Assembly (NCBI GenBank): GCA_000708835.1
Contig: DF237088.1
Coordinates: 62,001-126,000 of the forward strand
Direction of reading: 5' to 3'
DNA: 64,000 nt
Source: Klebsormidium nitens
Lineage: Eukaryota; Plantae; Klebsormidiophyceae
Part shown: piece after piece, positions 1 through 11,798 of the stretch
Position numbering within the stretch: position 1 is the stretch's first letter
Layout: every line of letters starts with the position of its first letter
Position numbers and translations under genes: made by a program
Notes under the pieces: generated by a model
What the model saw: the letters and a program-made list of their open reading frames with translations, nothing else
Told to the model about the DNA's origin: nothing
The model's database searches: none

Positions 1-428
1 TCCTTTCAACATGAGGCACACGTGGCCGTGGGCTGAGCTGGTTGACCAATTGGAAGGGAGCAGCCGTGTATACGTGGCCTTCTATGTCACCAACTTGGAC
101 GCATTTACACTTTTGAGTTCCTGATGATGACACCCAGCACTGCAGCAGAGCCAGCCTAGCTGAGCTACTGAGCCAACCTTCCTACAGTAGTATAAATTAT
201 AATTCGAGGTCAGCTCAATTTTCAAAGCTCCAAGAGGTGCACTTGCCCACCATGTGTGTTGTCGCGCTGCCCTCTCCTCACTTGCATGCTGGAACTTGAG
301 GATGTCTTTAGTATTATTAGTCGCTAGGGAGTAGTGCAGGTGCCAAGGTCCTCTGTGCTCTTTCATTCTGGATGGATTGTTCGAATTGCTTAGTGTAGTT
401 GCGCGTACATAACAGTGGGCTTCTTGAA

Positions 429-3400
429 ATGGCTCTCTATAAGCACAGAAAAGAGGGCCTTGGAAGGTGAGTTGTTCCGCATTTTCTCAATGGTGACATC
501 GTCAAACTATGATTTGTAGATCTTAAGTTGGAGAGAACTTGCATGTTCAAAAGTACATCCACTGCCACCCTAATTAGCGCTTAGGGACAAACACGTTGGG
601 CCCCTTAAAGCTGAATGTTCAGACTTGGCGCCCCTGGGCTGGGAAGTAGCGCCAATCAGTCTGCTGTCTAGGGCGCTTTCTCATTCAATTCCAGCATTGA
701 ATGCATCTGCAAGCGTCCGCTTTTGATTGTTATATCTTTCTGCATTGCATTTCATCTGTAAAACTCTCACTATTTGATCAAGGGGAATTTGCAAGCCACT
801 TTGTCTTCAATTTCTGGCTGCTTCTGCAGGGGAACGGATAGCGAGCCGCTGTTTGGACCCTCCCCTTCTGAAACCGATCTGTTCCAGAAGCAGTTTGAGG
901 ATCTGCTTCTGCAGCAAGAGGACGCCGAAGGACAGAACACTCAAAGACCATTTCTGTATCCTGACATACTTGCATTCTTCTTTGGGGTCGTCGTTCAAGT
1001 GTAGCACAAGTTACATTTTCCATGGTATTTTCTTAGCACTGATGCCTTTCTGTTTGTTCACATGTGCTGGATGATTCCTAGTGTCATCTTGAGTTCCAAT
1101 TGCTAATCGCCAAGCTTCCTTGACCAAAAAGCTTCCACAGCAATGAGCTGTTGGACATCACATCAACCATACAAGAGGGCGTCAGTGCTATCGCAGACGT
1201 AAGTCTCACCTCGAAGTTGGAAAGTATTGTCTGCAAACTGCTTGCCAGGTTTGTACGACGACGGAGTAAAATTGTGGGCAGTGGACATCCAATTTGGTGG
1301 CAGACAACTGTAATTGATGTCTAGTAGTGAATCCTTGCACAGTTTCGGTGAAACTTCCACTGATGCTTTTGCCGGGAGACACTACTCGGGAGCCAGCAAG
1401 TGTCGCCAGGAACTTGATGTGAAAACATGTTGGTAGACTACTAACTCTTATAGCGCTTGTGCGCTCCAGGACTCTTTCACGCGGTGTTTCAAGGAGAATC
1501 ATCCCGACCCATGGAACTGGAATATCTACTTGTTCCCAGTATGGTGCATGGGCGTCCTGCTGCGATACCTCATTCTCTTCCCCTTAAGGTAAGCTCGAGA
1601 CCATCTAGATGCCTCCTGAGTCCGAGTACTCATTCGTCAAGTATGCTGCACTTACACAGACTCCGCATTCCCTTGACATTGTTCTCCAATCTTACACTGT
1701 GACAGAAAGAAGGTCAATTTTTGGAATCGATTGCCCTCAAAACAGCAGCTTGCTGCCTGCAGGTTGATCCTCCTGGTCCTGGGCTGGGTTCTCTTCTTCC
1801 TCATCTTTCTGCCCGTGCACTTCTTCATCCCGGACAGCAAGTCGAAAATGAGAAAGAAGTTTGAGGTGAGTGACTTTTTCACTGGCAAACATTCCCTATC
1901 TACTGGAACACCCGTACTTTGTTTGAAGCAGCATTGGGGCTGTAATAAGCCTCCCGACGACGAATCAACCCACAAACACCATAGCCTCTTGGCGTGAGTT
2001 TTGAGGAGTGTACATCTGCGTAGACCAGTAGGATGACGGTCGTTTCGAGACCCTTCAGAACCTTACCCCGAAGCTTTTTGACAGAAGATTGTCTGCATTG
2101 TTCCAGCTGCCTTCTTTAGTGAAGCCTTTTATTGCCTCCAGAAACGTCTCGAAGTCAGGCCCAGGCTTCCGACATCTTGAGCTGATCAAATTTTCGTTGA
2201 CATCTCATTTTTGTCATGCAGAGGCTTCTCATTGAGTACATGTGCAGCGTGTTCGTTGCATCTTGGACGGGCGTGATCAAGTATCACGGGCCAAGGCCAA
2301 GTAGGGGCGTAAACAAGGTCAGTGGTGAAAACATTTCGTAAATACGCCCATGCGATGTGCCCATGCCCATTATCGACCGTCTCAGCCAATCCTTCTGGTC
2401 GCATCAACCTAGGCTCAACTTTCCAAGCAAACCCTTCCTGTGACTCCCAGTCTCATAACGTCTCAAAATCCATGCAAAGAAATTACTGCTTTGACGGAAG
2501 GCTTATTGAAATTGCTGATATGGTTATTCTACAACACTCCGTGTCCTGACCTAGCAAGGGCTGCTGCATCTTTCCGAATGCACTGAGTAGGTTCGCTTGC
2601 TGCTCGATGCAGGTTTGGGTTGCTAACCACACTTCGATGATCGACTTCCTCATTCTGGAGCAAGTCACTCCCTTTGCCGTCATCATGCAACTGCATGGAG
2701 GATGGGTCGGTAAGAATCTACAAACTGCTCGACACAGTCTTTCTGATGCCCATCTCTGGCTCTGAATTCGGGGATCGGAAGACGATTTGAGAAAGTTCTT
2801 TGACCCTGGAGGTCACTCACCGGAGGCATCAATCTGAAAACTCTGGCGGGACCCTTTCCTCTGAGCTGGTGGCTGCTGGAAGGGGGGATGCCACTGAGCG
2901 ACAAGCTGCCGTCTCTCTGAAGTAGCGACCAGAATCGGGATAGGTCTGTCTTTGAAGCTGGAAATCAAGAAACCGTTTAAACTGCCGTCTCTCAACTGTG
3001 CTTGTTGTAATTTCCCACCCCGGGTTCGGAATAATCGGAAACCACCAGCTAGCGTCTAACTGGTGGAATGGACCGACGTTAACTCCGTTAGGCCTTTTCA
3101 CGAATAGTCACACCGGCACTACCGGTCTCTCGAGCTCTGCGGCTGCTTTTTGACAGCAGACTTCCGTTGGCCTCCCATTTTGTGCACCTCGCCACTTTTG
3201 CTGCCGTGCTGTTCGTCTGGAGAACAACTTTTGTCTGGCCATCGCTTCAGGAAACGAATTCCCCGCTTTTGACACTTGCAGGTTTTGTCCAGACCCGCAT
3301 TCTGGACTGCCTGGGATGCATCTGGTTCAATCGGACGGAGGCTAAGGACAGGGCGGCCGTTGCAAAGAAGTAAGGGGCAGCCCTTGTGCTGCATGCCTCG

Positions 3401-6148
3401 ACGAGAGGTTTGCAATCTGTCCAACTGCGCAAGTGATGGACCAGCACAGTAGCCGAGTCGAAACGAACCACCAGGACTAAACCGTTCCGTTATCATCGCA
3501 ATCGACCGGCGTTTGTGACGGCCTGTAGGAAAAATGACCAAAGCAGTCCGCCTTCTCAGGATGAAGATCGACGCCGTTTATCATTCATCAGAGACATGCC
3601 CTGGTACAGCCCGGCTCAGGCAGCATCTCCTGGCCTTATAGCAATTTCCAGTCACAACTGATCTGAAACCTAGCAAAGGAGTTCGTATTTGTCTAGATTA
3701 ACGGCTATCTTATCCCAATAAAAGACGTGCCATTTTGCGCAGTATATCAGTTTCATTTCGAGCTCTAGCAATTCGGTCGCCTGCCTTCCACTCCAGTCAA
3801 ACCAACGCAGTTTGTTTCATTGTTTTCCCCATACTCACCAAGCAAAGGATCTCACTTCGGTTGACTGCCCCTTTTCCAGGCTGGAGAAGCACGTGCGCGA
3901 CCCTGAGAGCAACCCGCTGCTGATCTTCCCGGAGGGCACGTGCGTGAACAACCAGTACTGCGTCATGTTCAAGAAGGGCGCGTTCGACCTGGGCGCCACG
4001 GTGTGCCCCATCGCCATCAAGTACAACAAGATCTTCGTGGACGCCTTCTGGAACAGCAAGCGGTGGGTGCCCTGCGAGTGTCTCTGCAACTTTTTTGCAA
4101 GCCCGGGAGTTTTACATTTTGTTGCTTATTTGTCTTTGAACAAGAAACGGGGAGAACGGATTGCGGTTTACCTTCGCGTTATGGAGCTCGTGAGAAAAAC
4201 CTCGACTCAAAGCATAAGTGCTGGGGAATTACAGGTCGTAGATGGAGAACTGGTCGGTGACGGTACGCTGGGAAGCGTGGGTCGCTACGTTCATGTCCGG
4301 CGTGCTTAATTTACAAGATTGTGAGCTCCTTTTCGGGAAGCTCTGGGCGAGCCACATTTGTAGAGCTTTTGCCAGCTTTCCTGGCTGCTTTTCGATAGTG
4401 ACGCAACCCTACCGTCTGTATCAGAGGCTGACTCAAAAAGCCGCAGATATATGCTTCCGTCCCCCTCCAAAAATCAGCCTTTAAACGACATATATTGATT
4501 CTTTCATTGCTCCGCACGCCGTGGCGCTGGGCCCGCAAACGACACTACAAAACACCCGCAGTGTCCCGCTTTCCCAGAGTTCTCCCGCTGACGCAATCCC
4601 CCCGTCTTTGACACCCCTCCAGGCAGTCGTTCACAATGCACCTGATGCGCCTGATGACGTCATGGGCGGTGGTGTGCGACGTGTACTACCTGGAGCCGCA
4701 GGCGCGGCGCGAGGGCGAGTCGGTGATCGAGTTCGCGGAGCGCGTGCAGAGCCTCATCTGCGACCGCATCAACATCAAGCGCGTGCCGTGGGACGGCTAC
4801 CTCAAGTACTACCGGCCCAGCCCCAAGCTGACGGAGAAGCGCCAGCAAAAGTTCGCGGAGAGCATCCTCAAGCGCCTCGACGCGCCGCCAGGTAGGGGCG
4901 TTTCGTCCCAGTCGATTGGGCATCGATACTTGACGGGAGCATCCCTTTCTGGTCTCGTTTGGCAGCTTGTCTTTGGCCGAGGAGTGGGAACACCGTGAGC
5001 ACGTCACCACGTTGTTCATCACGTTTTGTGGTATCTGTGGCAGCAGGCCTTGTTTGAACAAGGAAAGTGGATGTGGGCTCTGTTCCTATGGAGGCTGTCA
5101 TTAGAGAGGTTCGGGATCTGGCCTCATCTGTGTATGCACCTTGCTTTAGTGAGCTGGAACATTGCGCACGACGGTCCGTCGAATTGCTGCACCTAGTCCG
5201 GAGAAGCACGCCGCGAGTCCCCTTTGCGTATGATATCCTCACCGTATCCCACCAACCACCCCCCGATCTCACGGTCCCGCAACTTCTGCTTCTCTTCCTC
5301 TTTCTGATTGGAAAGTGCAGCGCTCTTCGAGCCCATAGCACCAACGGAAAAGCACGGTAGAAAAAAGCCCGTTTTAACGTCGCTCGCCCTTAAATGCTTG
5401 CGGTTAATTAAGACCAGCGCTCTGATGTCACTATCTTTCTTTCCCTCAGGACGGGCCAGCAAGTCTGGGATACCGAAGGTGCCCTCCGGCCGTTCGCTCG
5501 GCCTCCCTCCGAGGTCCCCGCCCCGGGACCGGCCCGCAAACGGGGCCACCCCGGACGACCCTCTGTCGAAAGCGTCGCTAGCGAAGTCCAACGCCGCATT
5601 CGAGGTCGGCACAGGTAAGCACCAGAAAAGATGTTTTGTCGTACTCTTGCGAGCATTGATGTAGGCGGGCCCGTGGAACTGAAAGCGGCTCCAGGCGGCC
5701 CGCAGAACTTCGCGATGGACGAAATCGCAGCGCTACCGTCCGATCTGAACATAAGGACTCCAGTCTGCAACGTTTAGTTAGGGGGTCGCAAACTTTGGCA
5801 GGACAGGTTCCAAAACCATGGTTTTAGACAAACCGAGCCTAACCAAGAATAAACGAAAGATCGCGAGCGTTCATTTTTTGACGTCAAAATCTGGACGGCA
5901 GCGCTGCAATTTCTGGTCGTCCCCCAGCCTATCTGTGGTTCTGCGGTCTGCCTGGCTTTGGGTTTCTCATGTTTGTATCGAGCAGACCGTTTGATGTTCC
6001 CTGCCAAAAGGACACGGCGTTTATCCAGATTCGGGAGGGGGTTGCGTGGGAGCTGCCCTCTGTTGACGAAGATATTGATTGGTTTCTGGTTGCAGGGCCC
6101 GACAAGGATGCTGGCACGGGGACAGGTACAGCGCTAGACTACAAGTGA
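429..6148 (+). CDS. GPAT9: Glycerol-3-phosphate acyltransferase 9 (GPAT9/LPEAT-type PlsC acyltransferase), multi-exon
   Basis: Phase-compatible exons: 429-466 (tentative), 830-955, 1141-1198, 1470-1588, 1763-1865, 2222-2317, 2613-2709, 3282-3369, 3880-4062, 4623-4891, 5450-5614, then 6096-6148 (or 5665-5777). The translation contains ELLDI..AIADDSFTRCFKENHPDPWNWNIYLFP, the catalytic NHTSMID (HxxxxD) motif, LLIFPEGTCVNN and KYNKIFVDAFWNSK, all typical of plant GPAT9. First and last exons are uncertain. Confidence 0.93.
956..1140 (+). other. U12-type (minor spliceosome) GT-AG intron in GPAT9
   Basis: The 5' end is GTATCCTG and a TTCCTTGAC branch-point element lies at 1116-1124, 16 nt before the end of the intron. 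There is no long pyrimidine tract. Splicing here (phase 2) restores ...QRPFL|NELLDI. Confidence 0.85.
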
Positions 6149-7169
6149 GATGAGTTGAGCAGCAAGTCGCCAGCGGCCAAAGGGCTGAGCAGAAGGCAAC
6201 AGGTCGTCCATGCACACCAATCGCATTTTCGCAAGTAATGAGGGACGAGCTTTCGCATTGTTGAAACTGAGTACTTGCATCAGGAGTACTCGAAAGGTCG
6301 CAGACATACGGATGTGTACAGTCGTCAGTTTTATCCAACGCTTGACAGAAATCTGCATACCGCGCGTTTCATACCGCCTGACACCCTCCCAACGGGAACG
6401 ATTGGCGGAAAAGGATTGCGCGTTTATTTGACTTTAGCAAGGTTCTGGTCTGAGGTGTATTGACCACGGTTCCCTGTCATTGTCATATAATGGCATGAGC
6501 GCACGTCATGTAAGCATTTTGATACTTTGAAGGAAAGTACTAAGCTACATTGAATCAGAGTAAGACACAACCATGCAACTGGCATTTGATAGTGCGGCTC
6601 AGTATAAACTCGATCATGTGGGCCCACAGCACGTGCAGCAGGCTATAGCTTTATCCCGGCCCATGGCGGCATGCATTTGTCGAATGGTTCAGACATGCTG
6701 CAGAGGCGACCATCTCCGACGCATCTGCAACTGGAGAAACTCGATATTGTCGAATAACCGCACTCATGCATGAATTTACTGCGCCACCATCGATCTTAAG
6801 CGCGGTTGAGACCCTTCTTAACTCAGCAATGTGCACGGTTGATTCACCACTGATGATTCCTGTGTACGCATCAAGCATGCAAGTTCATGCAGGCGCGCTG
6901 AAGTACAATCGAGTCAGACCTGAAGCAACGTACGACCACAGTGCTTCAAACGCTCTATTTTATGATACAAGTCCGTCAAGTGCATGGGTCTCGAACACCA
7001 GCTTCTTGCAAAAGGCCCTAAGATGCAGACCGGCCAAATGACATTGACTAGCTTTCCAAGGCTGTAAACCAGGCGCCCAAGAACTCAGGGACGGAAACTG
7101 CTGCCCTCAAAGCTAGGCTCTAAGTTGATATCGAGTCAAGTAACGTTTGGGACTTCTCAAGTCACCGGG

Positions 7170-7213
7170 GTCAAGTGTGTTCGGAACGGCCCTTGTTCCG
7201 AACACACGTTGAC
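7170..7213. repeat. Inverted repeat / stem-loop just past the aldose 1-epimerase stop codon
   Basis: gtcaa-gtgtgttcggaac-ggccctt-gttccgaacacac-g-ttgac: a perfect 13-bp stem extended by 5 bp over a 1-nt bulge, with a 7-nt loop. Confidence 0.85.
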
Positions 7214-7218
7214 TAACG

Positions 7219-10200
7219 TCACGTTGAGAATTTATGCACCATGACATGCTTGTAAACCTCGCCTGGTCTCAGGACAATGGGCGGGAAACTCGGCTGATTG
7301 ATGGCATTTGGGAAGCCCTGCGTCTCCAAGCAGAAAGCGGCGTGTTTCTGGTACCTGGCACCTCCTTTGGCTGGAAACGACCCATCCAGAAAGTTGCCGG
7401 TGTAAAATTGGACACCTGGGGCACTGTAAGAACACGACGCATGGGAGGGAGATGAGAATCGGAAATGGACGTGCTTCGTTGAGACTGAGAAAAGATACCT
7501 GATCAGCTGTGCAATGCTTCATCAGGGGTAACGACTTCGCGTGCTGAACAGTGCTGGACGAACAAAGTGGAGCTCCAGACACTCAGCTATCATCTGAAGC
7601 CCAACATTCTCGAAGCAACTGGCAACACAGGCAGCGGACGTTTCTGGAGTCTATGTAAAGGTCAGAACCGTCACATTTGACATATACGTACATCGAGCTA
7701 CATACAGCGAGGCCCATACCAAAGCATGTTCACCTTCTACGACTCTCGCACCCTAAAACCCCAAATGAAAGCCCCTCGGCCTCACCTAGTGAAGAGGTCC
7801 ACTTTCCGGCCGGATACGGGCTCCTTCACCGACACCGCATGCGTCAGCTCGCCCCCTGAGCCGCTCTCGAGGACATAGTTGTGATCGTACCCGCCGGGGG
7901 GGGCGGCCGGCACGGATGCGATGCGCTCACCGATGGCATGAAAGTCGAGGAAGTCGAAGGGGGTGCCTGCAACCTGAGAGCAAACGGAGGCAGGATAAGT
8001 TACGACGCAGGCCCGGAACTCGTGACACTGCGGATTGGATAGACCTTCTCAATGTAAGTCGGGGCTGCATCGCTCGCCAGGCTAAGATAAGACGGTGAAG
8101 CAAAGCAACTCCAAATCAGGAGTATATGTTTGTCTTCAAGGAGAAGAAGTTGAAAGCCAGGTCCCAACAAGCAGCGCGGCACCAATGTTTTTGGACTTGT
8201 AAGTCTCCATGGGCTTGGACGCGGAAGAAGCTTTCTGAATTACGCTGCAGTTTCGTCTGCGGCCTTCCACTAGGCTCCTTCTGGAACTAGGATGGCAGAT
8301 GGGAAACTTCAAGCATACAACAAAGGCCTGTATCAACGGCCTGTCTCAATGCGGTACTCCCGAACAGGTCGGTAAGTGATTAACCAACCAGTCCAGACAC
8401 GTTCGTTTTCTTACAGGCTTCAGTTCGCCAGTTGGAATCAAGTTGTCGTCCACTGGAGTGAAGCGGGCTGCGTTGATCTTCACACTGTGTCCCAGGATGT
8501 CTCCAGTATCGTGACCAGCCAGGTTCCAGTACCTACACAGAACAGGAACAAGAGCGCCAGGCGTGAGTGATCAAACAGATTACGGGCTGAAACAACCATG
8601 GAAGCAGCGAGACCGTCTTGTGCACGAGACAAGTTTACCTGTAAAGGCCCGGAACCTACGGACGGTAACATGCAACGTGAGGGGATAAACGAGGGACTCT
8701 TCTTGCAGATAGTATACCGCTTTCAACAACCCTTGTCCCAAGGCGAGAACAGCATCGGCAACGCGCTGGCAGAGCCACTGAGGTAATCGTGTTTAGTCGG
8801 CTTGAACGAATCACTCCTTTAATCGTGCAGGGACCCGTATCAACGGCTCTTTGTGGAAGCGGCCGGTGTTTTGACGGGGAGTGAAGGCACATTAGGTCGG
8901 TGAGGGCCTCACGTGTGCTGCGCCAAGCTGACGGGGGTAGCTTTGTCTCGTGCTATGGCCTCCATCTCCGTCCTGAACGCGCCCCCCTCCGCTAGGGTGT
9001 ACGTCACAGAGACGTCCAGGTCGCCCGGAAAACCTGCCCACCAAAGGAAGGAATCCATGAGGCTTATTTTATACCAGCTGGTTGATCATCACTGGCGTTT
9101 GCATTCGGAAGCAAGTCGCCAGAGTCAATAAAGTTCAAATAGAAGGAGTCAGCCCACATCTAGGTACGTCTCGACTTGTACGCGGACAACCAGTCCACGA
9201 CTTTGTCACGAGCTCAGCCAAGGTCTACTTAGGTGGAGATAACATTCGAAACAGCAAAAAAAAGCGGACTTTTCGGTTGGATCTGAACGAGGTTGTTGGG
9301 AACGTCAACGAATCGATGATTGCCCGTCGGCACAGAGAATCTCATCATACAGGCCACCAGACCCAATGAAAATTTCGACATACGGTACTACTTGTTTCAC
9401 TGCAGCCAAAGCTCAAAATCGACCAAGCTCCGCCTGAACGATGGGATACGATTCTGAAGCCCTCCTAAGGTGTCTTCTCACCTTCCTCTCCATCTTTACT
9501 GTGGTAGGTCAGCTTCACAGACGGGCCGTCTGCTGACTCCGCAACTTCGCCCTTCCACAGCACTTTGTCGAAACCCTTCACCCCGCCGTGCAACGCGTTG
9601 GGCACGTTGTTGGCAGCCAGCTGGTACGTCTTCCCATCGAGTTTGAACTGGGCGTTTGCGATGCGGTTTGCGACCCGGCCGACGACTGCCCCAAAGTAAG
9701 GGGCCACTCCATCCTGGGGAAGAAAACATCTATGTCAAATAGCTGATGTCAGGACTTAATATGTACAATCCAGTTTTCCTCAGTGAGCATCAACATGGAC
9801 AACATGTCGGCCTGATTTGCCCTCTCCGAATCTGAGGTAACTATCAGATCTGACGTAACTGTCGGGGAATAAGTTTCGAGATCAGCTTCCCCAGAGTCAG
9901 GTGATTGTCACAGATGGACCAAGATGTGCACAACGAGTAGTGAAGTAACTGAGCTGATCTTTGATAGCCATCAGGATGCAAGTCTATCATGAAGCAGTGG
10001 GCTGAGCAAAAAATTGCCAGAGAGCAGCTCGTAATGAAAGCAGGACGGGTCACTGTCTCTTACCAAGTAAGGCTTCAGCTCTGAAAAGCCTAGGACAACA
10101 TCCGCAACCGCTCCTGCAAAGCACAGTGATCTGACTAAGAGTCTTGCAATCAGCAGTCCCCTTCTTAGATCCATCCATAAGTCTTGTGCTTGGATACACA

Positions 10201-11015
10201 ACAGCGACTCATCTCCTGCTCAAAGAATCCTTAACTTAATGTGCATCAATCGCTGGTTCCTTAACATAGTCATTTAAAAGTTACCCAACTAATCCAGAGT
10301 CAACCTGAAACTCTCACCACTCTTGTCTGGTACCACGAACTTGACAATGATTGCACCAAAATTGATCACGTCCACCTCGTACGGGCCATGCCGCAGCTTG
10401 TACAGCTGCACCTCTGGGTGGTCCTCATCGAACGGTGTCACTGAGACGAGCATCCTGCCAGCTACTGCAGCGCGTGACGCCAGCACTGCAGATACCCAGA
10501 AGACAAGTACAGTCTTCAAAACAGAAAACGAGTGCTACTTGTGCTGCTTCCATTGAGAGGCGAAGAGTTTGAGTTTCGGTGGCCACTCCATGGTATGCAT
10601 ATGATATAGGAAAGGGTGCTTCCGTAGAAGGTGTGCAGCGTTGGTTGTACATTGCAAGTTGGACAGCTGAACCAGGACATTCAAAGCTGCAGCTTGCTGC
10701 TATATTCACATATGACGATCTTAATCCACCGCTTCCTAAAGCTGAGCTGCGAAAGCAACGTCTGTGCTGCAAGCACCAAAGAGCCCCAGTGCTCATTTCA
10801 TTTTGACTTTGTCATTCACGTAGAATTGAGCAGAAGAGGGAAGATTGCGGAAACCGCCAGCTTGCCTGCATCTCAACGACCTCACCTGCTGGATCGACAG
10901 TGAGTGGATAGAGGCCCCGAATGAGGAAGGCGATGCTTGCAAAGCACACCAGCCAAGCTGCAATAGGCACCGCAGCTGCCTGAGATCTAGCCAGCCTGGC
11001 TGCTCTCCTTCCCAT
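7219..11015 (-). CDS. GALM: Aldose 1-epimerase (galactose mutarotase) with N-terminal hydrophobic signal/anchor
   Basis: Exons 11015-10886, 10485-10318, 10113-10064, 9713-9482, 9033-8913, 8532-8415, 7973-7786, 7423-7219. Motifs: [60 protein letters not shown]. Confidence 0.95.
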
Positions 11016-11798
11016 GCAGGCAATGTCCCCCCTCTATCGCTCCTGCCCCCTGCTCTGAACCCTGAAAATCAGCACAGCTGGACAAGCAGGCTATAGGCAT
11101 GTATCCTCTTCAACCCGCTCCTCTCTCAAGCTAGACCGACCCAACGGAAGCTTCGCGGAACCACAGGAGGGCGGAATGGCGGAGCGTCCAATGAAACGGC
11201 AATGCACGGCTCAGGTCAAGAACTGAAGAAGCTGCCGGTTCTCGAGCCAAATCAGAAAGAGGCCGGTAGGCTCCGGTTCCGCTTCAGCGCCAAGGACTGG
11301 CGGAAAACACCCTTAGTCTAATAGGCTTCTGCTTGGGTTGACACATCATTGACAATATCAGCTGTTGGGAAGCTGGTGGCAATTTTACCTGGCACGCCCT
11401 TGCTTCTTCTGTTTCTTCTGCTTCTTCTTTTCGCTCCTTCTGCTTCTTCGATCAGTTTCTTCAACCAATTGGTGACCCGATCGCTTTGACGAGGATCTTT
11501 GGTGGATGCAGCATTTTCCTGCGGTGCTTGACTCACCAATATATGCATGACCGATCAAGAAAGGTCGTGCAATGGTGTTGTAACTTGCGATCAATCAGAA
11601 CAAGGGCATTTTGCAGAAGCAGCTGCTGTTTGGGCATACATGCTGTTCGAGCAAAGAGATCGATCCTTCAGCTGGTTGTAAGGTCAGCAAGCTGATGGAC
11701 ATAGAGGCCATTTGCGCACGAGTTGTTCATGGCAATAAGGCCTTAATGCTGGACTGCCTTGACATGGTCAGATGATCAGCCTCTAATCAGCAGGAAAG

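Noticed and set aside
10289-10519. ORF-track start MKTVLVFW for the mutarotase
   Set aside because: It begins with TTG inside an intron; a strong acceptor at 10486 joins in phase to the ATG exon at 11015-10886.
11318-11548. 76-aa minus ORF with basic RRSRRNRR stretch
   Set aside because: It derives from a (ctt)-rich simple sequence in the promoter/5' UTR of the carrier gene; no independent support.
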